DNA of 64,000 nucleotides from Eledone cirrhosa (lineage: Eukaryota): assembly GCA_964016885.1 (NCBI GenBank), contig OZ024743.1:262198001-262262000 (forward strand), written 5' to 3'. The notes under the pieces are model-generated. The model was given only the letters and a program-made list of their open reading frames with translations. It did no database searches and was not told the origin of the DNA. Position numbers and translations under genes: made by a program. Within the stretch, counting starts at the first letter, position 1; every line of letters begins with the position of its first letter. Positions 25,954-39,173 of the stretch are shown here, in pieces.

Positions 25954-26465
25954 GTTTCTTTTATTTGCCACTAGGGCATCAAAAGTGGGACAAGTACAAA
26001 GGGGGGGAGTTTACACAAAAAGGCGTCCTCAATAAGGAGGAGGCAATAACAAAATATAAAAATAAAATAAGATATAACAAAAAATAAAATTTATAACAAA
26101 ATCCTCAATAGAGAGGAGGCGCCTTGGGGGGGTCGCACACACCCCCGAAAAAAGTGTGCAACCCTTCTCCTCAGGAGCACAGAGAAGGGGTGCTCCCTTG
26201 GTCTTTCATCTTCCTCACCTATAGTCTGATGTAGAGTGAAGGCCCATTCACACAGGCCATTCTCGCCACTTTCACCCATCTTTCATAGAAACGGCTGGGG
26301 TGCAGCACCTCTCTCTCCATCCTGATCCTTCTTCCGAAATGATATCGGAAGAAACGGACCAGTTGTTGGCCAGAGAGAAAGGTGCCTGACCTCAGTCCTT
26401 TCAGACGCGTCCACCATACAACCTCTTTCGCCATGGCTATTACGCACAGAAACACCGCCTCTGCT
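25953..26465 (-). mobile_element. L1/Tx1-like LINE 3' fragment ending in a (TCTA)n microsatellite
   Basis: ORF end [12 protein letters not shown]...F.ERW resembles an L1/Tx1 ORF2 C-terminus. 3' UTR ends GGCAAATAAAAGAAAC, then (ATCT)n. Confidence 0.6.
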
Positions 26466-26585
26466 TCATCTTTGAAGATATGTATATATAGATAGATAGA
26501 TAGATATGTATATATATATATATATATATATAGATATGTATATATATATATATATAGATATGTATATATATATATATATAGATAT

Positions 26586-26621
<36 letters not shown>

Positions 26622-26795
26622 GTATATATATATATATATATATGTATGTATATATATGTATATATATGTATATATATATGTATATATATGTATATATATG
26701 TATATATATATATATGTATATATATATATGTATGTATATATATATATGTATATATATATATGTATATATATATATGTATGTATATATATATATGT

Positions 26796-26836
<41 letters not shown>

Positions 26837-26854
26837 TATGTATATATATATATA

Positions 26855-27232
26855 TCATCATCATTTCATCATTTCATTTCACGTTCGCTTTTTCCCTGCT
26901 TGCAAGGGTGGGACGGGAACTGATTCTGGCTTCCTAACACCAACTTCATTTCCAGTAAGTGCTGGGTGCCTTTTTTGCTGTGGCACCTCCACGACCACTT
27001 AGCAGTGGAATGATATGGACTCCAGTCCCTATCATCTCATTTCTACAGCTGAGTAAACTGGAGCAATGTGAAATAAAGTGTCTTGCTCAAGGAAACAACA
27101 CATCACCCGGTCTGAGAATTGAACTCACAACCTTTTGATTGCAAGGCCAATGCTCTAACCACTAAGCCAGAATCAGTTCCCATCCCACCCTTGCAAGCAG
27201 GGAAAAGCGGACGTAAAATGATGATGATGATG
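26855..27232 (-). mobile_element. CORE-type SINE (minus) fused at its head to an inverted copy of its own 3' tail
   Basis: 26855-27169 is a minus-strand SINE and 27164-27232 is the + strand tail. The junction overlaps at AAGCCA. Confidence 0.8.
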
Positions 27233-27337
27233 ATATATATATATTTATATATATATTTATATATATATATTTATATATATATATTTATATATATATTTAT
27301 ATGTATATATGTATATTTATATATATTTATATATATA

Positions 27338-28901
27338 TTTAGCGTAAAAGTTGGTGTCAATCAGGGCTCTGTTCTTAGCCCCCTACTATTTATTATTGCC
27401 CTTCAGGCTATAACAGAGGAGTTCAAGACCGGCTGCCCATGGGAACTCCTATACGCAGATGATCTAACGCTCATAGCTGAATCAATGACCGAACTAGAGA
27501 AGAAATTCCAAACATGGAAGCACGGCCTAGAATCAAAAGGCCTTAAAATTAACCTGGCTAAGACTAAAGTTCTAGTTTGTAGGAAAGAAAATAAGGCGGC
27601 GGTCCCTTCCGGGAAATGGCCATGCTCAGTGTGTAGGAAAGGCGTAGGTAGAAACTCCATTTTATGTCCCAAATGCAAAGTATGGGTGCATAAAAGATGT
27701 AGTGGGATCACAGGTAAGCTAACTAAGAACATAGATTTTACATGTGGCCGGTGCTCTTGTGCAATAAGTAGCAGCAAGTGCCCACAAAATACTAGCTCTT
27801 TCAATTGCGCAGAGGGTTCTATAGAAATAGTGGACAGCTTCCGTTACCTGGGTGACAAAATCAGCAGTGGGGAAGGGTGCTCTGAAAGTACAGTAGCTAG
27901 AGTCAGAACTGGATGGAAAAAGTTCAGAGAGCTTATACCACTATTAGCCGCTAAAGGGTTCTCCCTAAAAATGAAAGGCAGGTTATACGATGCCTGCATA
28001 CGAACAGCAATGCTGCATGGCAGTGAGACCTGGGCATTGTGTGCAGAGGATATACGCAGACTAGAGAGGAACGAAGCTTGCATGCTCCGCTGGATGTGTA
28101 ATAGTAATATACGTGAACGGCTAAGCATAAACGAACTAAGGAAAAAATTAGAAATAAGAGGGATCAGATGTTGTTTACTCGAGAGAAGGCTACGTTGGTA
28201 CGGACACGTGATGCGCATGAAAGTCGATAGCTGTATAACAAAGTGCAGAGCAATAAAGATAGACGGTAGCCACGGAATAGGCAGACCTAGAAAATCCTGG
28301 GACGAGCTGATAAACTCCGACCTCACACACTTACACCTCTCCAAGACAATGTCACTGGACTGAGACCTTTGGCGGTATTCAGTAATAGAGAAGACCCGCC
28401 TTACCTAAATACAAAGTAAAACCTACTATAGTCAGTAGGCATCCCTAACAAAATACACCCCGGTCCAACCACCTCCACCCCATTCACACCGCCCCTTCCA
28501 ATGTAAAGTTATGTTGGTGCCACAACATCCAGGCCGAAACAAATGAGATCGTGTAGGTGTCACGACAAAAAAAACACACAGTCCACGCTGTAATGTGGCC
28601 GTGTAGGCAACACGGTAAAGACCTCCCAGTCCCACACTGTAAATGTGGTTGGTGTTAGGAAGGGCATTCAGCTGTAGACAACCCGCCAGACAGTCCACGC
28701 TGTAATGTGGCCGTGTAGGCAACACGGTAAAAACCTCCCAGCCCCATACTGTAAATGTGGTTGGTGTTAGGAAGGGCATCCAGCTGTAGAAAACCCGCCA
28801 GACAGTCCTATGAGAGCAAGACAACCACTCTTGCCTCAAGTGGGAAAACCCCCGTCCAAACCCATGCAAGCGTGGAACACGGACGCTAAACCTTGATGAT
28901 G

Positions 28902-28903
<2 letters not shown>
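27338..28903 (+). mobile_element. RTE subfamily B, 5'-truncated
   Basis: GVNQGSVLSPLLF, YADD, Cys-rich insert, stop after MSLD. Duplicated 3' UTR unit and (GAT)n tail. Confidence 0.92.
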
Positions 28904-28941
<38 letters not shown>

Positions 28942-28974
28942 GTATTTATATATTTATATATATATACATATTTA

Positions 28975-29007
<33 letters not shown>

Positions 29008-29014
29008 ATATATT

Positions 29015-29045
<31 letters not shown>

Positions 29046-29409
29046 GTTTATATTTATATCTAACCCATGCTAGCGTGGAAGATGGACATTAAACGAAGAT
29101 GATGATGATGATATATATTTATATATATATATATTTATATATATATATTTATATATATATATATGACGGCAATGAATTTTTTTTGCGACGTTTTTGATAT
29201 CAAATCGTGTGTCGGAACAAATATTGTTATACTTGGGGAGGGTTATATTGTTGTAATAATATTGCCAGAAATAACAGAACACACTCACTGTTTGGTTGAT
29301 TTTCGCTTCCGTATCTTTTATATCTCCATAGTTAATTCATTTCGTCCTCAATGTTTATCATTGACTGACCAACGGTCAAAAATACAGATATGATATAGAT
29401 ATAAACACA

Positions 29410-30415
29410 TATATATAGTCTAACAAAGTTCTTTCGTTGCACATCTGCAACATCATCAGTCATACTATTATGTTCCTCCTGTTGTATTGTATGTCTACAC
29501 CATTTTTATTTTATCTGTTTATTTATTTATTTATTTTTGTTTTCTTCTCTGCGCATGCGTTTGCATGTGTGTATAGTGTTTGGTGTGTGTTCACGTTTGG
29601 GTGACTGTGTTTTGGTTATTGTATTCTATCTTAGTTTACTTGTGTGTTTTTATATATGTCTTTGTTGTTATTGTGTATATATTTGTTTATTTATTTATAT
29701 TTCTCTTAAGTCAGTATTGTTTGTTTGGGTATTGTTGTTATTCCATTCATTCTTTGTTTAGCTTTGGCCTTCTAAGCTCTATTTCGCTTGCCTCTCTGAT
29801 TTGCCTATCTGCTGGGTCATTTCTATGTTTAGATATTATTTTAATTTCTATGTTGTCTATGTTACCGTCATGTTGTTCTCTGGCATGTTCGTATAGTACT
29901 GAACCGTTTTTTCGTCCTTTTAATTGCCCCCATTGTTGATCTATCCTTTCTCCTTTGCTTTGGGCTGTCTTGCCTATGTATGTCGTTGTCATGTTTCTGC
30001 AAGTACCCTCTGTACATCTTATGCTATAGACTACATTTCTAGTTTTACAGTTTATCATAACACATTTCCTATTAGTTCGGTGGGTTTTCTTAAAAGGGTA
30101 TGTTTGCTGATCAGGGATTTTATGGTAGTCCCTGGCTCTTCTACCACTTTAATCTTTAAGTGGGTCTTTCTCAGGGCCTTTCTACACTGGTTAGCTAATT
30201 TCCCTCCAGGAGTAGCATCCACAAACATGACACTCTGGTATCTCTGGTTGTCATACCATGAGGTGGCTTTCCCTATCTTATGTTTAGTCCTATCTAAGCT
30301 ATTCCATGATTTGCTCCTGTATAATGGGTAAATTCTTTTCATGTCTAGTTCTATGAGGGTCTTATACTTCTCCATGGCTCCTTTGTATACTCTGATTCTG
30401 TTTCTTTGGTATAAC
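29410..30415 (-). mobile_element. Penelope-like element 3' fragment (GIY-YIG endonuclease), frameshifted
   Basis: NCKTRNVVYSIRC...TYIGKT...ER...LYEHAREQH...RQIREASEI..PKLN. Upstream linker PLYRS, MFVDATPGGKL, IKVVEEPG. Confidence 0.85.
29415..29468 (-). ncRNA. Degenerate minimal hammerhead-like motif at the 3' end of a Penelope-like fragment
   Basis: Minus strand reads AUAGUAUGA-CUGAUGA-U-GUUGCA GAUG UGCAAC-GAAA-GAACUU-U-G-UUAGACUAU. Stem II is 6 bp and stem I pairs at 8 of 9. Position 17 is G, which is non-canonical. Confidence 0.55.
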
Positions 30416-30442
30416 TATATATATATTTACACATATATATAT

Positions 30443-30755
30443 CATTCATCATCATTTCATTTTACGTCTGCTTTTTCCCTGCTTGCAAGGGTGGGACGGG
30501 AACTGATTCTGGCTTGATTTCTACAGCTGGATGCCCTTCCTAACACCAACCTCATTTACAGTGAGTGCTAGGTGCTTTTTTGCCGTGGCACCTCCACGAC
30601 CACTTTGCATCTCATTTCTACAGCTGAGTAAACTGGAGCAATGTGAAATAAAGTGTCTTGCTCAAGGAAACAACACATCACCCGGTCTGAGAATTGAACT
30701 CACAACCTTTCGATTGCAAGGCCAATGCTCTAACCACTAAGCCATATGCCTCCTA
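30443..30755 (-). mobile_element. CORE-type tRNA SINE with RTE tail, near full length
   Basis: Reverse complement has GGCATATGGCTTAGTGGTTAGAGC head, GAGTTCAATTC B-box, core and RTE tail. Confidence 0.85.
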
Positions 30756-31240
30756 TATATATATTGGAGCAGTGGTGTTAATAATGATGGCAGTAGTGTT
30801 GAATATATTTAATTTTTGGAGATCGTATGAACAATCTCACAGAGATTTGTTTTGATAAATGAATAGTTTAGATAAAAGAAACCCTGTAAGTTAAGTTGAT
30901 TACTGACACATAAAAGTGATTAAAGATAAGAATGATATTTTGGTATTATAGAACATCCCATTGATTTCAGTGGAAAATAATTATTTTTTCATGTGCTACC
31001 AAGTAATCTTAGCTCCAAGCATGCTACAAAGGACTTTTTTCTCCACCCTGCTCCCCTCCTGGAGTTTTCTTTATCCGCTAACCTTAATACCAGACTTGTG
31101 GAGTCTCTGATGAGAGTTGAACTCGATCACTACTGATCAGTTCAAGGTATGAACCTTGAACTGATTAATTGTGAATAAGAATATTGATGTTATATTGATA
31201 CTTCATTCCTGCTCCATATTATTATTATTATTATTATTAA

Positions 31241-31440
31241 GGGGCGGTGGATTGGCAGTATTGGTAGAGGGTCGGATGCCATGCTTTGATGCATAGTTAC
31301 GGCCCTTGCCATTCTGAGTTCGAATCCCGCCGAGGTTAACTTTGGATTTCATCCTTACGGGGTTGATAAAATAAAGTACCAGTAATGCACTGGGTGATTG
31401 CTGGCCTTGTGCCAAAAAAGTAGAAACAATTATTATTATT
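31241..31440 (+). mobile_element. tRNA-derived Meta-domain-type SINE with (ATT)n tail
   Basis: GAGTTCGAATCCC B-box and TTTCATCCTTACGGGGTTGATAAAATAAAGTACCAG central domain. Other copies at 34236-34425 and 35988-36182. Confidence 0.8.
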
Positions 31441-31593
31441 ATCTATATCTACATATTTCTCTTATATATATATATAGAGTGTGTGTGCATGTACTGAAAC
31501 TGTAATGATTTCCAGAGGTTGACTGATGAGATGGGACTATCTGTTTATCTGTTGTTTTTTCTGTTGTGTTTGTCCTGTGTGACCCCTGTTTTG

Positions 31594-31635
<42 letters not shown>

Positions 31636-32409
31636 CCTATTTATGTGAAAGTTGCATACATGTTCAGAAGTATATATATGTATATATGTTTATATAATGA
31701 GTTTATCTATATGCATAAGTATTTTTGTGTGTATTTGATATTCATAAATATTCTTGCTGGGTTTATTAACCTTGGTGCTGTTCTAAACACCTTGTTTGTT
31801 TAAATTCCAGTCCATACTGGCTCTGAACATTCCAAGTGTAGAATTTTAAGTCCAATGGGAATCTTGATATTGTTGTGGAAGAAATCTACATTCCAGCCAA
31901 CAAGGGAAGGGGAAGAGAACTCTCTTTAAAGCATTACCAAATTCTTCCTCTTCATTCTTGCCACCCTTCCAAATATACTTTACTGCATGCTCACTCCCAC
32001 CACCACCACTCTGGTTTCATCACCCTGTGGGCCAGGCTTAGCTGGCGCCTTCACTTCCATCACATGCTTCTGCTACTACTATTACAATCATTACTTCTAT
32101 ACAACTATCTTCACCACCACCACCATTCTTTCTGCTACCAGTATTATTACCACCAACACTACTGCTACTTCTACAACTAGACTACCACTACCAATACTTC
32201 CACTACAACTACTACTCCCATTAACATTATGCTACCACCACCACCACCACCACCACCTCTACTACTACTACTAATACTACTACTACATCAGTCCTCTATT
32301 CATCTGCCACCACCCTTACCTGTTAATTAAAATTCAGAAGACCTTAATGAATACCATGGGGAATATGGCTTGTTGGTTGTAGAATTTGTTTTTACTTTCA
32401 GACTTGCCT

Positions 32410-32870
32410 TCATGTGTGTCTGTGTGTATGTTAGTGTGTGTATATGTTAAATGTGCGTACAGGTGTATGTGTAATTGTTGGTGTACATGTATGTGTGTGT
32501 GTATTTTAGTGTGTGTGTGTGTGTGTGTGTTAGTGTGTGCATATGTTAAATGTGTGTACAGGTGTATGTGTATATGTTGGTGTACATGTATGTGTGTGTG
32601 TTAGTATGTTAGTGTGTGCATATGTTAAATGTGTGTACACGTGCTGGTGTATGTGTGTGTGTGTATGTTAGTGTGTGTACATGTGTGTGTTAGTATGTGT
32701 ATGTTAGTGTGTGCATATGTTAAATGTGTGTACACGTGTGTGTACATGTATGTGTGTATTAGTATGTGTATGTTAGTGTGTGCATATGTTAAATGTGTAC
32801 ACGTGTGTGTATGTATGCTGGTGTACATGTATGTATGTGTATACATGTGTGTTAGTGTGTATGTGTGTGT
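32410..32870. repeat. TG-rich degenerate minisatellite
   Basis: Recurring GTTAGTGTGTGCATATGTTAAATGTGTGTAC unit. Confidence 0.8.
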
Positions 32871-34235
32871 GAGAGAGAGGTGTCTTGTTTTCTCACTTTA
32901 AATGGGTTACCATTTCCTTTTTCTTAACATTTTCTCATTGGTGTCCAATGGTGGTGGTGACGGTGGTGGCAGCAAGAGGGTGATGGTAGTTATTGATGAA
33001 TGGTAGTTATTGTTGTTGGTGATAGTAGAGATGTTGGTTGTGATATTGATGGTAGCGTTATTGATAATGGTGGTAATGATAGTGCTGATGGTGATGAGGA
33101 CATATAAGCACAAGAACCTTTAAAGCAGGATTGACAGAAGTTTGTGACATTAAAATATTTTCCACTGGTTATTATTAGAAATATAGTTTATTTCAGAGGA
33201 TCTGAAACTTTTTTTAACTACCGTCCCCTTTTTAGAGAATATATTTCATCAAAATTGATAAAAAAAAAAAAGTACACATATCCAAGTACTTTTCATCCCA
33301 ACAAAATGTGTGGTCTTGTGCTATGTTGGAAATTAGGATTATTATTGTTATTGTTCTTATTGCTGAGAAGCTATTTTTGAAAGGTTGTGTAGAAATGGTG
33401 AATGCGTACATTGCATCCATCATCTACTGCTGCCTGACTGTTGTGCCTTGTCCTGGTCCACATCTGACCACACTGTAGTTTTTGTTCCTTTGCTTTTTTG
33501 TGGAAGGAACAGTTCCTAATGGTCAGGTAGTCCATTTGCTGTCAACACCTGCATGGAGGACTGGGCATACCATAGCTGATGATGCTCAAACATGCACTGA
33601 GGCTACAACATCTCCAGCTTTTCCTTGATGAGGAACAGGTTTGGCCACCGTTTGCTAGATGTGTTTTTCCCCAGCTCATCTTGACATAGCTGCAGTCTTG
33701 GGTCAAGTGAAGACTGAGAGGGAGCGCTTGGAAACTAGAATGTCTTCAAATGTTCACAGCCCTCTGCCAATCTGGCAGTATGATTGGTGGAAACTCCACC
33801 ACGGGGTTCTATTTTAATGATGAGTAAAAACGACAATGTTCTTAGGTTGACTCTGCGCATTGATGAAAATCAACTAGCCGCTCTTTTCCGGAGGACTTTT
33901 GGTCCAGGGCTCATGGATAACTTTCAGAAATCCCTAGCCTGGCAGTATTACTGAGGAGCATTCTTTTATCATTCATTATTATTATTACTACTACTACGTG
34001 GCAAATTGGCAGAATCATTAGAATACTGTGGAGAATGCTGTGAGTTCAAGTCCTGTTGAGGTCAACTTTGTCTTTCATCCTTTCGAGGTTGATAAATTAC
34101 CAGTCCAATACTGGGGGTTGATTCTTTCTCTATACTTCTCTCACTTCCTTCTCTCTCTCTCCCCCACTCTCTGGAAGAAATCCTCTCTGCTACAGGTTCA
34201 TACATACATTACTACTATTATTACTATTGTACTAA

Positions 34236-34425
34236 AGGCGGTGGATTGGCAGTATCGGTAGAGGGTCGAATGCCATGCTTTCCAGGATAGTTACGTCCCT
34301 TAATGATCTGAGTTCAAATCCCGCCGAGGTTGACTTTGCCTTCATCCTTACGGGGCCGATACAATAAAGTACCAGTAATGCACTGGGTAATTGCTGGCCT
34401 TGTGCCAAAAGTAGAAACAATTATT
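34236..34425 (+). mobile_element. Meta-type SINE copy
   Basis: High similarity to 31241-31440. Confidence 0.82.
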
Positions 34426-34429
34426 ACTA

Positions 34430-34769
34430 TTGTGGAACTTTGGTTCACGAATGCCTCGCATATCGAACAAATCGATCCACAAACAATTTTTCTGAACATA
34501 AACTGCCTCAGTTGATGAACTGTCTCAAGTAATGAATGTGCAATCTGGGAACAACAGTTGATGACAAGCTGGGAGTATTGGCAGGAAAGCATCACTTGCT
34601 GTGTAGTTAGTTACTATGGTGATAATTATCTGTCTTTCAAACACAGTCTCTCTCTCACTGTATTTCTCTCTCAACATTTCATATGGGAAAATTAGTTTCA
34701 GTTTATGAACATTGCAGATGATGAACAACCTTCGGGAATGAATTAAGTTTGTGAACCAAGATTCTACTG
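34430..34769. mobile_element. pogo/Tigger-like MITE
   Basis: Imperfect TIRs TTGTGGAACTTTGGTTCACGAA / TTTGTGAACCAAGATTCTACTG, flanked by TA. Confidence 0.6.
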
Positions 34770-35987
34770 TAATATTATTATATTACAAGAATGTTTCTTG
34801 TTGCTGCTTATGCCAAAAATTATTAACATTAACAGTTGAAATATGGCAGTTAACTGCAAACTAATTACACAAAATAAGTGTTTGATTCAGCTTCTAACAT
34901 TTATTATTTTGGTGTATGCACACATTATACACACAAATATACTTTTTGAAAAAGTAAAAATGTGTGGGGTGGTTTATACTGGAGAAAATAAAATAGTTTG
35001 TTGCAAAAAGAAGGAAAAAACTGCACACAGAAACTATTTGTTTTATAGATGGTACATATTTTTCTGATAATGAACCATGAAAGATCATTTCAGAATTAAA
35101 AGAAAGAAAAGAAAATTTACTAAAAAAATAAAATAAAATAAAATAAAAACCAGTAAACAAACAAACAACAGAAATATGAGGATAAGATTATAGAAAATAT
35201 GAGGATAATATAAAACACAAAAAAAACCCATTCAATAAATAAAATAAGATCACTGGAAACAGTTCTACCAGAAAACATTATCTGAGAATATGTAAATATT
35301 CTTAGAAATGGTTGAGAAAATATTTCAAGATATCAGTCGTTTTTTTTTTTTGTTTGTTTTGTTTTATTTTTGAAGGTTGGGGTTTATCCATTTAGATTTT
35401 AATATGGTCTTATCTATGTAATCCATATACCAATAGGTTTTATAATTTATACAGTAAGTGCATTGATGTGTGTTTGGAACTGTTGATATTCCAAAGAAGA
35501 ATTGCCAGTCAGTGAAAGATAAGAGAAGGTGTCTCCCACTAAACCATATTCTTATATTCTATTGTACAATACAGCACTAGTAACAAAGATATTTGAGAAT
35601 TCACCACAGATAATATCTCTGATATACTTTTCAATGTCAAGAGCATGATAACCTTTCTAGTGTTGGTACCATGATAAAATGTACCCTGTACACTTAGTAA
35701 AGTGGTTGGTGGTAGAAAGGGCATCTGGCTGTAGAAAACTTGCTGAATTAAGGCTCGAGAGGATTCTTCAGTTCTCAGACATAACAAGCCAATACAGTCT
35801 GTAGAGTAACAGTTTTAGTTGATCTATCAAGCCTACTATTTATACCATTTTTTAAAAAGTTAGATTCTTATTTATTTGATCTGTGTTAGCTAAACTACTA
35901 AGTTATGGGACATTAACAAACAGCACTGGTTAAGTGGTCTAGACATAAACACACATACACACACACACAAACACATACATATACACA

Positions 35988-36182
35988 ATAATTGTTTCTA
36001 CTTTTGGCACAAGGCCAGCAATTATCCCAGTGTATTACTGGTACTTTATTTTATCGACCCCGTAAGGATGAAAGGCAAAGTTAACCTCGGCGGGATTTGA
36101 ACTCAGAATGGCAAGGGCCGTAACTCTATACGTCAAAGCATGGCGTCCGACCCTCTACCGATACTGCCAATCCACCGCCCTT
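35988..36182 (-). mobile_element. Meta-type SINE copy
   Basis: Reverse complement of the 31241 family. Confidence 0.82.
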
Positions 36183-36739
36183 ATATACACAATAATAATG
36201 CTGTTTTGTATTTTTCAAGAATGTTTTGCTAATGCAATTTCATGTTATAGAGAATATTAAGAGGTAATCTGTCACTTTGTTTAATATCGCCACATTGTTG
36301 CAAACATGAAGACTAAGTCGTCCTCCTTCCCTGTCATTAGTCAACTTAGGCCTTGGAAAGAGTCATGAGTGGTGCCTTTCCTCTTCTGACTTCCTTTCAT
36401 CATCATCATTATCATTTTATGTCCACTGTAAGTAACCAGCAATGCAGCAAGCCTCAAGTAACTAATTAGTTTCTGTTGGGAATTATAAAAGAAAAAGAAA
36501 TTAGGAAAACAATCAGCAGCAGGTTTAAAAGAATTAAGATCATATCCATCAGGGAAACAAGAAAGACAGACACATTCAAGGAAAGAAATTCTTCTTACAG
36601 TAGGTGACAACCACAGTGAAAGGTTGAGATTCAGTAGCAAGACTAATTACACTAGACTTGATTAGCAAAGGAAACTGGAACACCAACACCAGAAACATCT
36701 TGGTTTTCTTCAAGTAGTGGTGTTTTGTTGTTGTTATTA

Positions 36740-37215
36740 TTGGTGGTAGTAGTGGTTGGGTTACTGTTTGTCCAGTATATAGTCGGTATGGTGTCTTGTT
36801 AGTCATTGGGTTATTGTTTATCTGGTATATAATCAGTATGATGTCTTGTTAGTGTTGTTGTGTTACTATATAGTTAGTGTTGTGTTACTATATAGTCATA
36901 GTGGTGGTGGGGTTTTCTGTTTGTTTGCTATATAGTTATTATGGTGTCATAGTGGGGGTGGTAGGGTCACTGTTGTCTGGTATATAGTCTGTATAGTCTT
37001 GTTGTTGGGTTATTGTATGGTGTGGTGGTAGTGGGGTTACTGTTTGTCTGGTATATAGTCAGTATGATGTCATGATGGGGTGGTGAGGTTACTGTTTGTC
37101 TGGTATATAGTCTTTGTGGTGGTTGGGTTACTGTTTTGTCTGGTATATTTTCTGTGTGGTGTCTTGTTGTTGGTGGTGGTTCAGTTACTGTTTATCTGAC
37201 ATATAGTTAGTATAT
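36740..37215. repeat. Degenerate ~40-50-bp minisatellite
   Basis: Repeated GGTTACTGTTTGTCTGGTATATAGTC core. Confidence 0.75.
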
Positions 37216-39130
37216 TGTTGATTTCCATGCTAGCATTTTCCTTGTTGAGATTTTGTGTGTTAGAAAAATTGTTATTGTGTTGATAGTCAACTGTTGCACA
37301 AAATGTTTGTCATATAAGTTGTATTGTTAACATGAGTTGTATATTTAATATAATTTAGGTGGCTACTATGCAGAAGTGCATTGAATGGAATAACGCTTTA
37401 GTTTACTTCTTTGAAGTAGGGTTTTTGTCAATATATTTGTTTTTTTTTTCTGACACAGTGCACACATTCTTAATGGTATTATTTAGACCAAAGCTTCGCA
37501 GACTTTTCCCATTAGCAACACATTTTTTAAAGAATTTTTTTGTGTCTCTTTAAGTTTTGTTAGTGACACAAAATTAATAAATAAACAAATATTGCATCTT
37601 GAGCTACCAGCTATATGTTTAATTGTATGCAGAGTTATCTCAAATATACTTCAAAGTCAACTACAGTACTTCACAAAAATTGATGAGATTATCAGTGACA
37701 CAAACCATTGAGTGATTTATAGAGAACCATAAACTCTTTTGATCCCAAACCACATGAAACTACCCCTAGTTCTACAATACAGAACCATTTGTATTAAAGT
37801 GTTTATATTTATCTAAAATTCCATTACCATTAATGTTCAAAGCACCACTTTAATAATGAGAAAGTTAGTTATATTACTTAATACATCCAAATTCTTGATT
37901 ATTTTCCAAATTATTTGAAAATCATAGAAATGGTCATGCTGGTGACATAACAAAATGCACCCAGTCTGCTCTGTAAGGTGGTTGTGTTGGTGACAACAAA
38001 AAGCACTCAGTTCACCCTGTAAGGTGATTGTGTTGGTGACTTGACAAAAAGCACCCAGTCAAACCTGTAAATGGTTTTGTTGATGACATAACAAAAAGCA
38101 CTCAGTCCAACCTGTGACCTGGTCATTTTAGTTCTGTGATAAAAAACACACACATTGTAAATGTTGTGGGCATTTGGAAGGGCATCTAGGACAGCTTGTC
38201 TAACCCATATTAGCATAGACAAATAAATGTGTTGTTGATGATAATGTGTATGTGCTCTATTAAAAAGAAACATACCATCATATAAAATAAATATTAACAA
38301 AAACACTTTAGTGACTTGGAAAACTGCCAAACTCTAACAACAAATCCTGTAGGAACCCCTCTTTTTGATGAACCTCCAAAATATTTTACAGAACTCTGTG
38401 GTTTCATATGAATTTGGTTTGGGGATCACAGCTCTAGTCCACATGTAATGTATGTAAACAGGTTGTGGCTCATCTGTCTGGGAGGTCAATAGCTCTGCTT
38501 AAGGACTGACTTAGGGAAAACAGATGTTAAATGATGAGTTAGTTTTTTATGAGTCCTTGCTGGTATGTTATCATTTAGCCTTATATTAGCTTTTTCTGAG
38601 CATACTGATCTTAAGCATTCCAGATGTAGTCATCCCATCTGTCTCTTGAACATTACATATCTATGATTACATTATCCAATATATTCTTCCCCTTCTCATG
38701 ACAGTATGGTCAGGGACTACTTACTAACCATAAAATATAGTGGTGTAGATATGAGGAACCAAACAGAATGAATCTTATTGATGTTGTTGAGCAAACCTAT
38801 GATCAAAGGCACTCTAGCTATAATCATCCCATCTTTTTTTAAAATATATTTCGAACTACATTGTACAAAATGTCCTTCATTTTTAAAAACTGTAGGTTGT
38901 ATTTTTTTTTAGGGGAGATTTAGCTGTTATATCTGACTGATTCAGTAAATATATTGAAGCTGTTTGATTGGTTCAGGGTTTTTACTGTATACTGTTTAGG
39001 TGTTTCATGTTTCATGAGTTACAAATCCTTTCTTAGATCATCAATTATTTCAGAAGCAATGTAGAGGAAGGGATTCAAATAGATATTCTCCCCCCTTTTC
39101 TCTGCTGCTGCTCTGTTGCTACTGCTGCTG

Positions 39131-39173
<43 letters not shown>

